Shown here: positions 48,329 through 56,857 of the stretch, piece by piece
Layout of the letters: every line of letters begins with the position of its first letter
How positions within the stretch are numbered: position 1 is the stretch's first letter
DNA from: Aquabacterium sp.
GTDB taxonomy: Bacteria > Pseudomonadota > Gammaproteobacteria > Burkholderiales > Burkholderiaceae_C
Direction: 5' to 3'
NCBI RefSeq assembly: GCF_044226965.1
Contig: NZ_JBGAGA010000021.1
Span: 21,044 to 85,043, forward strand
Length of the DNA: 64,000 nt
Notes under the pieces: model-generated
What the model saw: only the letters and a program-made list of their open reading frames with translations
What the model was told of the DNA's origin: nothing
Databases searched by the model: none
Position numbers and translations under genes: made by a program

Positions 48329-48363
48329 CCGCGGGCCCGGGCCGCGGGCCCGGGACGCGGAGG

Positions 48364-49617
48364 TCAGGCCTGCGGGTTCTCGACCAGCAGCGCAATGCCC
48401 TGGCCGCCGCCGATGCAGGCCGAGGCCACGCCCCAGCGCGCGCCGATCTGCTGGAGCTGCCGCGCCACCGTGATCGTCAGCCGCACGCCGGTGGCCGCCA
48501 GCGGATGGCCCAGCGCAATGGCGCCGCCGTGCACATTCAGCTTGTCCAGGTCCAGGTCCAGCTCGCGCGCCACCGCCAGGGTCTGCGCGCCCTGCGCTTC
48601 GTTGACCTCGAAGCGGGCGATGTCGGTGAGGCGATGGCCGCTCTTTTCAAGCAATAGACGGATGGCCGGCGCGGGGCCGATGCCCATCACCTCCGGCCTG
48701 ACGCCGACCACCGCCGCCGCGGCGATGCGCGCGAGCGGCGCGCGACCCGCGGCGCGCTGCCAGTCGCGCGCCACCGCACCGCTGGCCACCAGCGCCGCGG
48801 CCGCCGCATCGGTCAGCGCCGAGCTGTTGCCGGCTGTCTGCACGCCGCCGTCGAACACCGTGCGCAGCCGCGCCAGCGCCTCGGGCGTGGTCGGCCGGGG
48901 GTGGCTGTCCTGCTCCACCACCGTGGCCTTGCCGGCCAGGCGCAGCCGGCGCGGGCGGTAGCCGGGCAGCTCGAAGCGCTCGTCGCTCACCGGCACGATC
49001 TCGCCGGCCAGCCAGCCCGAGGCCTGCGCCGCCAACGCGCGGCTGAACGATTGCGCGGCGAAGGCGTCGACCGCCTCGCGCGTGATGCCGTATTCGGTGG
49101 CAAGGTTCTCGGCGGTCTGGATCATCGAGATCGCCGCGGCCGGGTCGGTCAGCGATTCCCACATGAAGTCCTTGAAGCCGACCGGCGCGCCGAGCCGGAA
49201 GCCGCCGCGGTGGTCGAAGGCCGCGATCGGGTTGCGCGTCATCGACTCGGTGCCGACCACCAGCGCCAGCGAGGCCGCGCCGGCGCCGATCTGTTCGCCG
49301 GCCTGGCGGAACAGCTCGAAGCCGGTGCCGCAGATGCGCTGGCACATCAGCGCCGGCACCTCCAGCGGCACGCCGGCATACAGGCCGATGTGGCGCGGCA
49401 GGTAGAACTGGTCGAAGCCGCCCGGCGCCATGTTGCCGGTCAGCACGCTGTCGACCTGCGCAGCGTCGACGCCGGCGCGCGCCAGCACCGCGCGCGCGGC
49501 CTTGATGCCCAGGTCGATCGGGTTCGCCTCGGCGAACGCGCCCTGGTGGTCGACCATCGGCGTGCGCAGGCCGTCGAGCAGGAACACGTCATCGAAGGAT
49601 TGGTAGAGGCCGCGCAT
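48364..49617 (-). CDS. acetyl-CoA C-acyltransferase (thiolase)
   Basis: DDVFLLDGLRTPM..., QRICGTG, NVHGGAIALGHPLAATG, CIGGGQGIALLVE. The protein is 417 aa. Confidence 0.9.
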   Translation of the reverse strand: MRGLYQSFDDVFLLDGLRTPMVDHQGAFAEANPIDLGIKAARAVLARAGVDAAQVDSVLTGNMAPGGFDQFYLPRHIGLYAGVPLEVPALMCQRICGTGFELFRQAGEQIGAGAASLALVVGTESMTRNPIAAFDHRGGFRLGAPVGFKDFMWESLTDPAAAISMIQTAENLATEYGITREAVDAFAAQSFSRALAAQASGWLAGEIVPVSDERFELPGYRPRRLRLAGKATVVEQDSHPRPTTPEALARLRTVFDGGVQTAGNSSALTDAAAAALVASGAVARDWQRAAGRAPLARIAAAAVVGVRPEVMGIGPAPAIRLLLEKSGHRLTDIARFEVNEAQGAQTLAVARELDLDLDKLNVHGGAIALGHPLAATGVRLTITVARQLQQIGARWGVASACIGGGQGIALLVENPQA

Positions 49618-49652
49618 GAGGGTCGCTGCTTTCGAACGTTAGGAATGAGTGA

Positions 49653-51446
49653 TCAGGCCGCCCGCACCACGCCGGCGCCGCCAGCGTACAGCGCCTCGAC
49701 CTGCGCGGCGCGGCGCTTGAGCACCGCGCCCTGGTTCAGGTAGCCCTTGTCGGTGATCTCGCCGCCGTCGGCACTGGGCGGCTCGGCGAGCACCAGCGCG
49801 CGCACCGGCACCTGCGAGGAGCCGCCGCCCTCGGCCTTCAGCGCCTTCAGCGCCGCGCCGATGCGCTCGGCCAGCTGAGCCGGGGGCAGCGCCGCGCCCT
49901 CGGCCGTCGGGAACACCAGCACGCCGACCTCGTCGCGGTCGTGGCCGGTGATCACCACGTCCTGCGCCAGCGGCGCCAGCGCCGACACCACCCGCACCCG
50001 CAGCGTGCCCACGCTGACCCAGGTGCCGGTGGTGAGCTTGAAGTCCTCGGCCACGCGGCCGTCGAACACCACGCCGCGCTCGGGGTGCGCCTCGTCGGCG
50101 AACTTGCCGGCGTCGCCGATGCAGTAGTAGCCCTCCTCGTCGAAGGCCTTGGCGGTGAGCTGCGGCGCATCCCGATAGCCCGGGAACACGCTGACGCCGC
50201 GCACCCGCATCTCCAGCTTGCCGCCGTTGGGCACCAGCTTCAGCTCCACGCCGGGCAGCGGCAGGCCGATGACGCCGGCCCGCTCGAGCTGCCAGTGCGC
50301 GCTGGTGACCGCGGGCGCCGTCTCGGTCGAGCCCCAGGAGGTGGTGAGCCAGATCTCCTCGCCCCGCACGCGCTTCGCCAGCGCCTGCAGCCGTTCCCAG
50401 CTGGCCTGCGGCAGCGCCGCACCGGCATAGAACACCACGCGCAGGCGCTCGAAGAAGCGTTGCGCCGCGGCCGCGTCTTTTTCGAGGTAGGGCAGCAGCA
50501 GGTCCAGCCCGCGCGGCACGTTGAAGTAGATCGTCGGCTGCACCTCCAGCAGGTTGGCCAGCGACTTCTCGACCAGGCCCGGCGCGGGCCGGCCCTCGTC
50601 GATGACCAGCGTGCCGCCGTTGCGCAGCACCAGGTTCAGGTTGTGGTTGCCGCCGAAGGTGTGGCTCCACGGCAGCCAGTCGACGATGACCGGCTTCTCG
50701 TGCTCGAGGAAGCGCCAGGCCTGCGCGATCATCTGCTGGTTCGCGCACAGCATGCGGTGGGTGTTGATCACCACCTTCGGGTGCCCGGTGGAGCCCGAGG
50801 TCAGCAGGTACTTGGCATGGGTGTCGGGCGTGACCTCGGCAAAGGCCTGCATCACCGCCGGGCCTTCGGCGGTGCGGGTCAGCGACTCGAAGGCCAGCGC
50901 GCCGGGGAAGCTTTCGGCACCGCGGCTGAACACCATCACCGCGTCCAGCCCGGCATGGGCCAGCGCCGGACCGTACACCTCTGTATTGTCGGCATAGACC
51001 AGCGCCGGGCCCAGCGTGTTCAGGATGCCGTGGATCTTGGTGTAGTCCTTCGTCAGCCGGCAGTAGGCGCTGGACACGGTGCACACCGCGCGGCCGATGT
51101 GCATGGCCGCCAGCATCAACAGCAGGTGGTCCAGCCCGTTGTCCGACAGCACCACCACCGGCGCCTGGGGCTTGAGCTTCAGACCCAGCAGGCTCTGCGC
51201 GATGCGGCCCACCGTTTCACGCGCCTGGCGCCAGTTCAGGCGCCGCCATTCACCGTCGGGCCGGCGCTCGGCAAAGGCCGGCGCCTCGGGCGTCTCGGCG
51301 GCCCAGCGCTCCAGCCATTCACCCACGCAGCGGGCATAGGGCTTCAGCGGTTCGGGCGAGCGCAGCACCACGCTGCCGTCGTCGAAGGGCACGCGCACCA
51401 CGCGCGGCGGCGCCAGCAGCCGGGGATCGTCGAAGAAGGTGCCCAT
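49653..51446 (-). CDS. AMP-dependent acyl-CoA synthetase (feruloyl-CoA-synthase-like class)
   Basis: LLTSGSTGHPKVVINTHRML, WGSTETAP, IGDAG...GRVAEDFKLTTGTWV. It is 597 aa and lies 35 nt upstream of the thiolase gene. Confidence 0.85.
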   Translation of the reverse strand: MGTFFDDPRLLAPPRVVRVPFDDGSVVLRSPEPLKPYARCVGEWLERWAAETPEAPAFAERRPDGEWRRLNWRQARETVGRIAQSLLGLKLKPQAPVVVLSDNGLDHLLLMLAAMHIGRAVCTVSSAYCRLTKDYTKIHGILNTLGPALVYADNTEVYGPALAHAGLDAVMVFSRGAESFPGALAFESLTRTAEGPAVMQAFAEVTPDTHAKYLLTSGSTGHPKVVINTHRMLCANQQMIAQAWRFLEHEKPVIVDWLPWSHTFGGNHNLNLVLRNGGTLVIDEGRPAPGLVEKSLANLLEVQPTIYFNVPRGLDLLLPYLEKDAAAAQRFFERLRVVFYAGAALPQASWERLQALAKRVRGEEIWLTTSWGSTETAPAVTSAHWQLERAGVIGLPLPGVELKLVPNGGKLEMRVRGVSVFPGYRDAPQLTAKAFDEEGYYCIGDAGKFADEAHPERGVVFDGRVAEDFKLTTGTWVSVGTLRVRVVSALAPLAQDVVITGHDRDEVGVLVFPTAEGAALPPAQLAERIGAALKALKAEGGGSSQVPVRALVLAEPPSADGGEITDKGYLNQGAVLKRRAAQVEALYAGGAGVVRAA

Positions 51447-51538
51447 GGCTCAAAACATACAGTTGTGTATTGACTGGATGGTAGTGTTCCGCTCACTGAT
51501 GGGCATCAGGGTTTCCTCGCGTTTCCGTACAGCAGTGC

Positions 51539-52189
51539 ATGGCATCATCCTGCCTTCCCGAGACCACCGGCCCCCGCGTGAACGCCCCGACCGCCACCCC
51601 CCGCCGCCGCGACAGCAGCGCCCGCGCCCAGCTCACGCCCGAGGCCTGGATCCAGGCCGCCACCGAGGTGCTGGTGGACCAGGGCATCGACCATGTGCGG
51701 GTGGACGTGCTGGCCGGCGAGCTGGGCGTCACCCGCGGCAGCTTCTACTGGCATTTCCGCGACCGCGAGGAGCTGCTGCGCGCGGTGCTGCAGGCCTGGC
51801 GCGAGCAGGCCACCGAGGCGCTGACCCAGCGCCTGGAGCGCGCCCATGCCGACGCGCGCGAGCAGCTGCGCGACGTGATCTCGCTGCCCTTCCGCGGCCG
51901 CTCGGCCACGCGCGCGGCACGCATCGAGCTGGCCATCCGCGCCTGGGCCCGGCGCGACGAGATGGCGCGCCACGCGGTCGACGAGGCGGATGCCTCGCGC
52001 ATCGGCTACATCGCGCAGGTGTTCTCCGCGCTTGGCTGCCCGATTGCCGAGGCCCGCTCGCGCGCCTTCCTGCTCTACACCTACGTCGTCGGCGAATCGT
52101 TGATGCCGCGTCAAGGCAGCGCGGCCCAGCGCGCCGAGCGCGCACGCTTCGTCGAGCGCCTGCTGTCGCCGCCGGCGGCCGCGGGTTAG
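51539..52189 (+). CDS. TetR-family transcriptional regulator
   Basis: HTH: WIQAATEVLVDQGIDHVRVDVLAGELGVTRGSFYWHFRDREELL. It is divergent from the acyl-CoA synthetase gene. The exact start is uncertain. Confidence 0.85.
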   Translation: MASSCLPETTGPRVNAPTATPRRRDSSARAQLTPEAWIQAATEVLVDQGIDHVRVDVLAGELGVTRGSFYWHFRDREELLRAVLQAWREQATEALTQRLERAHADAREQLRDVISLPFRGRSATRAARIELAIRAWARRDEMARHAVDEADASRIGYIAQVFSALGCPIAEARSRAFLLYTYVVGESLMPRQGSAAQRAERARFVERLLSPPAAAG

Positions 52190-52295
52190 CGCCCGATTGC
52201 CCCCGCTTTTCGGGCGTGACCGGGGCCCGGCCGCGGGCGCAGAATGACCTGCAAGGCGCTCCCGCCATGGGGGCCGCCGCGCAAGGAGATGGCAG

Positions 52296-52688
52296 ATGGG
52301 CGGCAGCAGTTCACCCTGGATCCCGGGCGTCAGCCCCGATCGGCGGCAAGGCGGTGACCGGCGCGTGCCGGTGTCCATCCTGTGCCAGGAAGCGCTGGCC
52401 GAGATCGTCGTCGAAACCCGCGGCGAAGACTCCTACGCCGGCCGTGCCCTGCACGAACTGCGCGCGCGCCGCGCCGCCGGCGAAGGCGGCAACGGCGAGC
52501 AGGAGCTGATCGTCTACTCGCTGCGCGGGCGCTGGATCGTCGGCACCGTGGCGCAGGTCCGCGCCGAGCTGGAGGCCGCGGCCAGCGCCGCCTGCCGCCG
52601 CGGCAAGCCGGTGGGCGAGAGCCTGCCGAGTCTGCTGGCGCAGGAGCTCGGCGCCGAGCTGCCGCCGCCCAGCCAGACGCCGCAGTAG
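52296..52688 (+). CDS. hypothetical protein (130 aa)
   Basis: ATG at 52296 lies 7 nt after a perfect AAGGAG (52283-52288). The translation has mixed composition (ILCQEALAEIVVETRGEDSYAGRALHEL...ELIVYSLRGRWIVGTVAQVRAELE). No family recognised. Confidence 0.45.
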   Translation: MGGSSSPWIPGVSPDRRQGGDRRVPVSILCQEALAEIVVETRGEDSYAGRALHELRARRAAGEGGNGEQELIVYSLRGRWIVGTVAQVRAELEAAASAACRRGKPVGESLPSLLAQELGAELPPPSQTPQ

Positions 52689-52749
52689 CACCGGCACGGC
52701 GCGCTCAGGTCGCCGCCATGGCGCCCTGAGGGCCAAGCTCAAGGCCCGC

Positions 52750-53106
52750 TCAAGGCCCGCTGGCAGCGCGTGCGCGGAGCTTTTCTTCCAGCGCGGCGCG
52801 GAAGGCGGCGTTGCCATTCGGCTCGCCCACCTCGTAGCGGCGCTGTGCCGGCGCTGCGGCCGGCGTGGGCGGGGGGGCGCGCGGTGGCAGCGCGCCCGCC
52901 GCGCTGGCGGCAGGCGGCAGCGCCGCCGGCAACATCGCCACGGGCATGCTGGCCGGCGGCGCCGGCACGGGGGCCGGCGGCTCCGGGCGCGGGGCCGCGA
53001 TCACCTTCACCGGCTCGTGCGGGCGCTCGGTGCAGGCCGCCAGTGAGGCCAGCGCGGCCAGCGCCGCCAGCGCCACCAAGCCCGGCAGCCGCCGCAGTGC
53101 GATCAC
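52750..53106 (-). CDS. Pro/Ala-rich lipoprotein (118 aa)
   Basis: GTG at 53106 overlaps the stop of the upstream gene (GTGA). It begins VIALRRLPGLVALAALAALASLAAC, which carries a lipobox, then Pro/Ala-rich spacers, and ends YEVGEPNGNAAFRAALEEKL. Confidence 0.5.
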   Translation of the reverse strand: MIALRRLPGLVALAALAALASLAACTERPHEPVKVIAAPRPEPPAPVPAPPASMPVAMLPAALPPAASAAGALPPRAPPPTPAAAPAQRRYEVGEPNGNAAFRAALEEKLRARAASGP

Positions 53107-53525
53107 AGCAGCTGCACCGACCCGCTGCCGCGCACGACCCAGTTGGCGTCGTACACCGTGCAGCCGCCGACATAGCCGCTGATGCGCGGGCAGGACACGG
53201 TGTAGCCGGCCAGTTGCAGCGTCAGGTTGAGGGTGCCGTCGTTGGCGGTGAACACGCTGCCGGTGACGCCGTAGACGCCGGGGTGGCAGTTCAGCGCGCC
53301 GTACACCACCAGGGCGTCGCTGCGCACCAGGTCGCCGGTGGCGTCGAGGACCAGCTGGTCGCAGCTCGTCAGGCCGTCGGCGTTGAAGGCGGTGAGCCAG
53401 ACCAGGCCGCTGTAGGTGGTCGGCGTGCCGATGGCATTGGCCGCCTGGGCCCACGGGGCCGCCAGCAACGCGGCGGCGGCCACACCGGCCCAGGCCAGGC
53501 TCCAGGCTTGTTTCAGCTTCTTCAT
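53103..53525 (-). CDS. secreted hypothetical protein with four Cys (140 aa)
   Basis: Track ORF trimmed to ATG at 53525. It begins MKKLKQAWSLAWAGVAAAALLAAPWAQA (Sec signal). The mature part is Gly/Thr/Val-rich with C...C...C...C. No family recognised. Confidence 0.6.
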   Translation of the reverse strand: MKKLKQAWSLAWAGVAAAALLAAPWAQAANAIGTPTTYSGLVWLTAFNADGLTSCDQLVLDATGDLVRSDALVVYGALNCHPGVYGVTGSVFTANDGTLNLTLQLAGYTVSCPRISGYVGGCTVYDANWVVRGSGSVQLL

Positions 53526-53602
53526 GCGTGCTCTCCATGGCGCGGCCCGCGGCGCGGGCCCCAGCAGCCTAACGCCGCGACCCGGCCCGGCGTTGGCAGG
53601 CC

Positions 53603-53619
53603 AAACGAAACAAGGCGCA
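53603..53619 (+). promoter_or_regulatory. Ada-box-like A-rich element (AAACGAAACAAGGCGCA)
   Basis: This A-rich patch ending in GGCGCA sits in an otherwise G/C-rich divergent intergenic region, about 130 bp upstream of the first gene of the alkB-ada operon. It resembles the E. coli AAANNAAAGCGCA box in 9 of 13 positions by hand alignment. Confidence 0.25.
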
Positions 53620-53746
53620 GCGGCGCGCGGCCGGCCCGGAATTCGAGCGCAAGGATGGGAGTGCCGGCGGCACCCGGCCTGCCTAGACTGCCGCCATGCC
53701 GTTCCCGTTGCCATCCGCCTTGCCATCCCCCCGTTGGACGCCCATC

Positions 53747-54448
53747 ATGACCGTTAGCGCCGCCCACCCGGACTGGGCGGCCGTCGAGCAGTCGCTGGAC
53801 CGCCACGGCCACGCGGTGCTGCCCCGCCTGCTGGACCCGGCGCAGTGCGGTCAGCTGGCCGCGCTGTACGCACGCGACAGCGGCTTCCGTTCGACCGTGG
53901 TGATGGCCCGCCACGGCTTCGGCCGCGGCGAGTACAAGTACTTTGCCTACCCGCTGCCGCCACTGCTGGAGGATCTGCGCCATGCGCTGTACCCGCGGCT
54001 GGTGCCCCTGGCCAACCGCTGGCAGCAGGCGCTGGGCCTGGCCGGACGGTTTCCGGACACCCTGGCCGCCTTTCTGGCGCGCTGCCACCAGGCCGGGCAG
54101 GTCCGCCCGACGCCGCTGATCCTGGCCTACGGCCCCGGCGACCACAACTGCCTGCACCAGGACCTGTACGGCGAGCATGTGTTCCCGCTGCAGGTGGCGC
54201 TGCTGCTGTCGCGGCCCGGCGCGGATTTCTCCGGCGGCGAGTTCGTGATGACGCAGACCGACGCCGACGAACAGCGCGCCGAGGTCATCGCGTTGCAGCA
54301 GGGCGACGCGCTGGTGTTCGCCGTCCACCAGCGCCCGGTGCCGGGCCGGCGCGGCGGCCTGCGCCGGGCCGCGATGCGCCATGGCGTGAGCCGCGTGCAC
54401 AGCGGCCGGCGCCACACGATCGGGCTGATCTTCCATGACGCGCGCTGA
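53747..54448 (+). CDS. 2OG-Fe(II) oxygenase superfamily protein (paralog 1)
   Basis: MTVSAAHPDWAAVEQSLDRHGHAVLPRLL...CLHQDLYGEHVFPLQ (HxD)...MRHGVSRVHSGRRHTIGLIFHDA. An alternative ATG lies at 53696. The 3' end overlaps the alkB start by 14 nt. Confidence 0.8.
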   Translation: MTVSAAHPDWAAVEQSLDRHGHAVLPRLLDPAQCGQLAALYARDSGFRSTVVMARHGFGRGEYKYFAYPLPPLLEDLRHALYPRLVPLANRWQQALGLAGRFPDTLAAFLARCHQAGQVRPTPLILAYGPGDHNCLHQDLYGEHVFPLQVALLLSRPGADFSGGEFVMTQTDADEQRAEVIALQQGDALVFAVHQRPVPGRRGGLRRAAMRHGVSRVHSGRRHTIGLIFHDAR

Positions 54449-55112
54449 GGACCTGCACACGCGCGGCCTGTTCGAGGCCGAAGGCGCCCCGCCGGGCACC
54501 ATCGAGCCGCTCGGCCCGTGCGCCGGCGTGCTGCGCGGCTTCGCGCTGGCCGAGGTCGACGCGCTGCTGGCCGGCATCGCCGCCATCGAGCAGGCCGCGC
54601 CGTGGCGCCACATGCAGGTGCCCGGCGGCCACACGATGTCGGTGGCGATGACCAACTGCGGCACCTGGGGCTGGACCAGCGACGCGCAGGGCTACCGCTA
54701 CACCCGCGAAGACCCGCTCGGCGGCGCGCCTTGGCCGGCGCTGCCCGCGACCTTCCTGCGCCTGGCCCGGGCCGCGGCGCAGGCGGCCGGCTTCGCGGGC
54801 TTCGCGCCCGATGCCTGCCTGATCAACCGCTACCGGCCCGGCACGCGGCTGGGCCTGCACCAGGACCGCGACGAGCGCGACCTGGCCGCGCCGATCGTCT
54901 CGGTCTCGCTGGGCATGCCGGCCACCTTCCTGTTCGGCGGGCTCAAGCGCCGCGATCCCGTGCAGCGCGTGGCGCTGCGGCATGGCGATGTCGTGGTCTG
55001 GGGCGGCGAGGATCGCCTGCGTCATCACGGCGTGCTGCCGCTGGCGGACGTGCCGCATCCGGCGCTCGGCAGCCAGCGCCTGAACCTGAGCTTTCGCAGG
55101 GCCGGTCCATGA
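54435..55112 (+). CDS. alkB: alpha-ketoglutarate-dependent DNA/RNA dioxygenase AlkB
   Basis: MSVAMTNCGTWGWTSD..., INRYRPGTRLGLHQDRDE (HxD), VVWGGEDRLRHHGV. The protein is 225 aa. Confidence 0.9.
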   Translation: MTRAEDLHTRGLFEAEGAPPGTIEPLGPCAGVLRGFALAEVDALLAGIAAIEQAAPWRHMQVPGGHTMSVAMTNCGTWGWTSDAQGYRYTREDPLGGAPWPALPATFLRLARAAAQAAGFAGFAPDACLINRYRPGTRLGLHQDRDERDLAAPIVSVSLGMPATFLFGGLKRRDPVQRVALRHGDVVVWGGEDRLRHHGVLPLADVPHPALGSQRLNLSFRRAGP

Positions 55113-56200
55113 GCAGCCCCTCGTCCCGTCGACCCGCCGCCTACGCCAGCGACGAGCAGCGCTGGGCCGCCGTGCAGGCACGCGACGCGCGGGCCGACGG
55201 CCACTTCGTCTATGGCGTGCGCACCACCGGCGTGTACTGCCGCCCGAGCGCCGGCGCGCGCCTGCCGCGGCGCGAGAACGTCGAGTTCTTCGACGACGCG
55301 CTTGCCGCCCAGGCCGCCGGCTACCGCCCGAGCCAGCGCGCGGCCGGCGACCGCACCGCGCTGGCGGCGCAGCGCGCGGCGCTGGTGGCCCGCGCCTGCC
55401 GCCTGATCGAGCAGGCCGAAGCCCCGCCCGCGCTGGACACGCTGGCCGCGCAGCTGGGCTGCAGCCCGTTCCACTTTCACCGGGTGTTCAAGGCCGAGAC
55501 CGGCCTGACGCCCAAGGCCTATGCCAGCGCGTTCCGCGCCCGCAAGCTGCGGGCGCAGCTGCGGTCGCCGAAGGCCGCCCGGAAAGGAAGCACCGTGACC
55601 GATGCGCTGTACGACGCCGGCTTCAATACCAGCAGCCGTTTCTACGCCGCCGCCGACCAGCTGCTGGGCATGCCGGCGCGCGCCTACCGCGCCGGCGGCC
55701 CGGACATGCGCATCCGCTTCGCGGTGGGCGAGTGCACGCTGGGCGCGATCCTGGTCGCGCAAAGCCAGCGCGGGCTGTGCGCCATCCTGCTGGGCGACGA
55801 CCCGGGGCGGCTGGTCGAAGACCTGCAGGACCAGTTCCCGAAGGCGGAGCTGATCGGCGGCGACGCCGGCTTCGAGCAGCTGGTGGCGCTGGTGGTCGGC
55901 TTCGTCGAGGCACCGGCGCTGGGCCTGAACCTGCCGCTGGACGTGCAGGGCACCGCGTTCCAGGAACGCGTGTGGCAGGCGCTGCGCGAGATCCCGCCCG
56001 GCGCCACGGTCAGCTATGCGCAGGTGGCGGCGCGCATCGGCCAACCGCGGGCCGTGCGCGCGGTGGCCCAGGCCTGCGGCGCGAACCGGCTGGCGGTGGC
56101 CATTCCCTGCCACCGCGTGGTGCGGCGCAGCGGCGAGCTCTCGGGCTACCGCTGGGGCGTCGAGCGCAAGCGCGCGCTGCTCGAGCGCGAGGCCGGCTGA
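55109..56200 (+). CDS. ada: Ada-type bifunctional regulator/O6-methylguanine-DNA methyltransferase (N-terminal Zn site degenerate)
   Basis: Track ORF 54518..56200 trimmed to ATG at 55109, which overlaps the alkB stop (ATGA). N-Ada-like stretch FVYGVRTTGVYCRPS, AraC-type HTH SPFHFHRVFKAETGLTPKAY, and C-terminal active site IPCHRVV. Confidence 0.9.
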   Translation: MSSPSSRRPAAYASDEQRWAAVQARDARADGHFVYGVRTTGVYCRPSAGARLPRRENVEFFDDALAAQAAGYRPSQRAAGDRTALAAQRAALVARACRLIEQAEAPPALDTLAAQLGCSPFHFHRVFKAETGLTPKAYASAFRARKLRAQLRSPKAARKGSTVTDALYDAGFNTSSRFYAAADQLLGMPARAYRAGGPDMRIRFAVGECTLGAILVAQSQRGLCAILLGDDPGRLVEDLQDQFPKAELIGGDAGFEQLVALVVGFVEAPALGLNLPLDVQGTAFQERVWQALREIPPGATVSYAQVAARIGQPRAVRAVAQACGANRLAVAIPCHRVVRRSGELSGYRWGVERKRALLEREAG

Positions 56201-56760
56201 TGCCCGACGTCGCCGAACAGGTCGCCGCGCTCGACTGGGCGGCCGTCACGCGGCAGCTGGACGACGAAGGCCACGCGCTGCTGCCCGGCCTGCTGCAGGA
56301 CGCAGCCGCGCTGCCGGCGCTGCGCGATGCGCTGTACCCGCGGCTGCTGCCGATCGCCCACCGCTGGCAGGCGCTGCTCGGCGAGCCGCCCACGCCCTGG
56401 CCCGCGGCCTGCCCGCACCCTGCGCAGCCGATGACGAGCTGCCTGCGCGCCGGCGACTACCAGCCGCTGCACCAGCATGCCGGCGACCCGCAGGCCTTCC
56501 CGCTGCAGCTGCTGGCGCTGCTGAGCGAGCCCGGCCGCGACTTCGACGGCGGCGAATGCGTGCTGACCGAGCAGCGCCCGCGCCTGCAGTCGCGGCCGAT
56601 CGTGCTGCCGCTGCGGCGTGGCGATATCGCGCTGATCGCGCTGGCGCAGCGCCCGCAGCGCGGCGCCGCCGGCCATTACCGCGTGAACCTGAAGCACGCC
56701 ATCAGCCGCGTGCACCGCGGCGAGCGCCTGGGGCTCGAGCTGCTGTTCCACGCCGGCTGA
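56200..56760 (+). CDS. 2OG-Fe(II) oxygenase-like protein (paralog 2, shorter, HxD replaced by HQH)
   Basis: Track ORF 55732..56760 trimmed to ATG at 56200 (TGATG overlap with the ada stop). It aligns with paralog 1 (LDWAAVTRQLDDEGHALLPGLL...ALYPRLLPIAHRWQ...FPLQLLALLSEPGRDFDGGE...KHAISRVHRGERLGLELLFHAG) but lacks about 40 internal residues. Confidence 0.65.
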   Translation: MPDVAEQVAALDWAAVTRQLDDEGHALLPGLLQDAAALPALRDALYPRLLPIAHRWQALLGEPPTPWPAACPHPAQPMTSCLRAGDYQPLHQHAGDPQAFPLQLLALLSEPGRDFDGGECVLTEQRPRLQSRPIVLPLRRGDIALIALAQRPQRGAAGHYRVNLKHAISRVHRGERLGLELLFHAG

Positions 56761-56857
56761 GCGAACCGCCCGCGTGCACGCCCGGCCGGGGGCGCGCTCG
56801 GTGCGCCCTGTAGCATCGCCGCCTGGTCCTCGCCCCGCTTCCCGGTTCCCGCCCCCC

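Noticed and set aside
51457-51470. A short AT-rich inverted repeat, ATACA-gttg-TGTAT, in the acyl-CoA synthetase/TetR divergent region, as a candidate operator.
   Set aside because: The arms are only 5 bp and there is no second copy. It is plausible as a TetR site but too short to distinguish from chance.
52296-52688. A possible PilZ-type c-di-GMP receptor: DRRQGGDRR followed about 20 residues later by EDSYAG.
   Set aside because: The spacing does not fit RxxxR, and the second motif is ExSxxG rather than (D/N)xSxxG. The resemblance is too loose without a profile search, so I kept it as a hypothetical protein.
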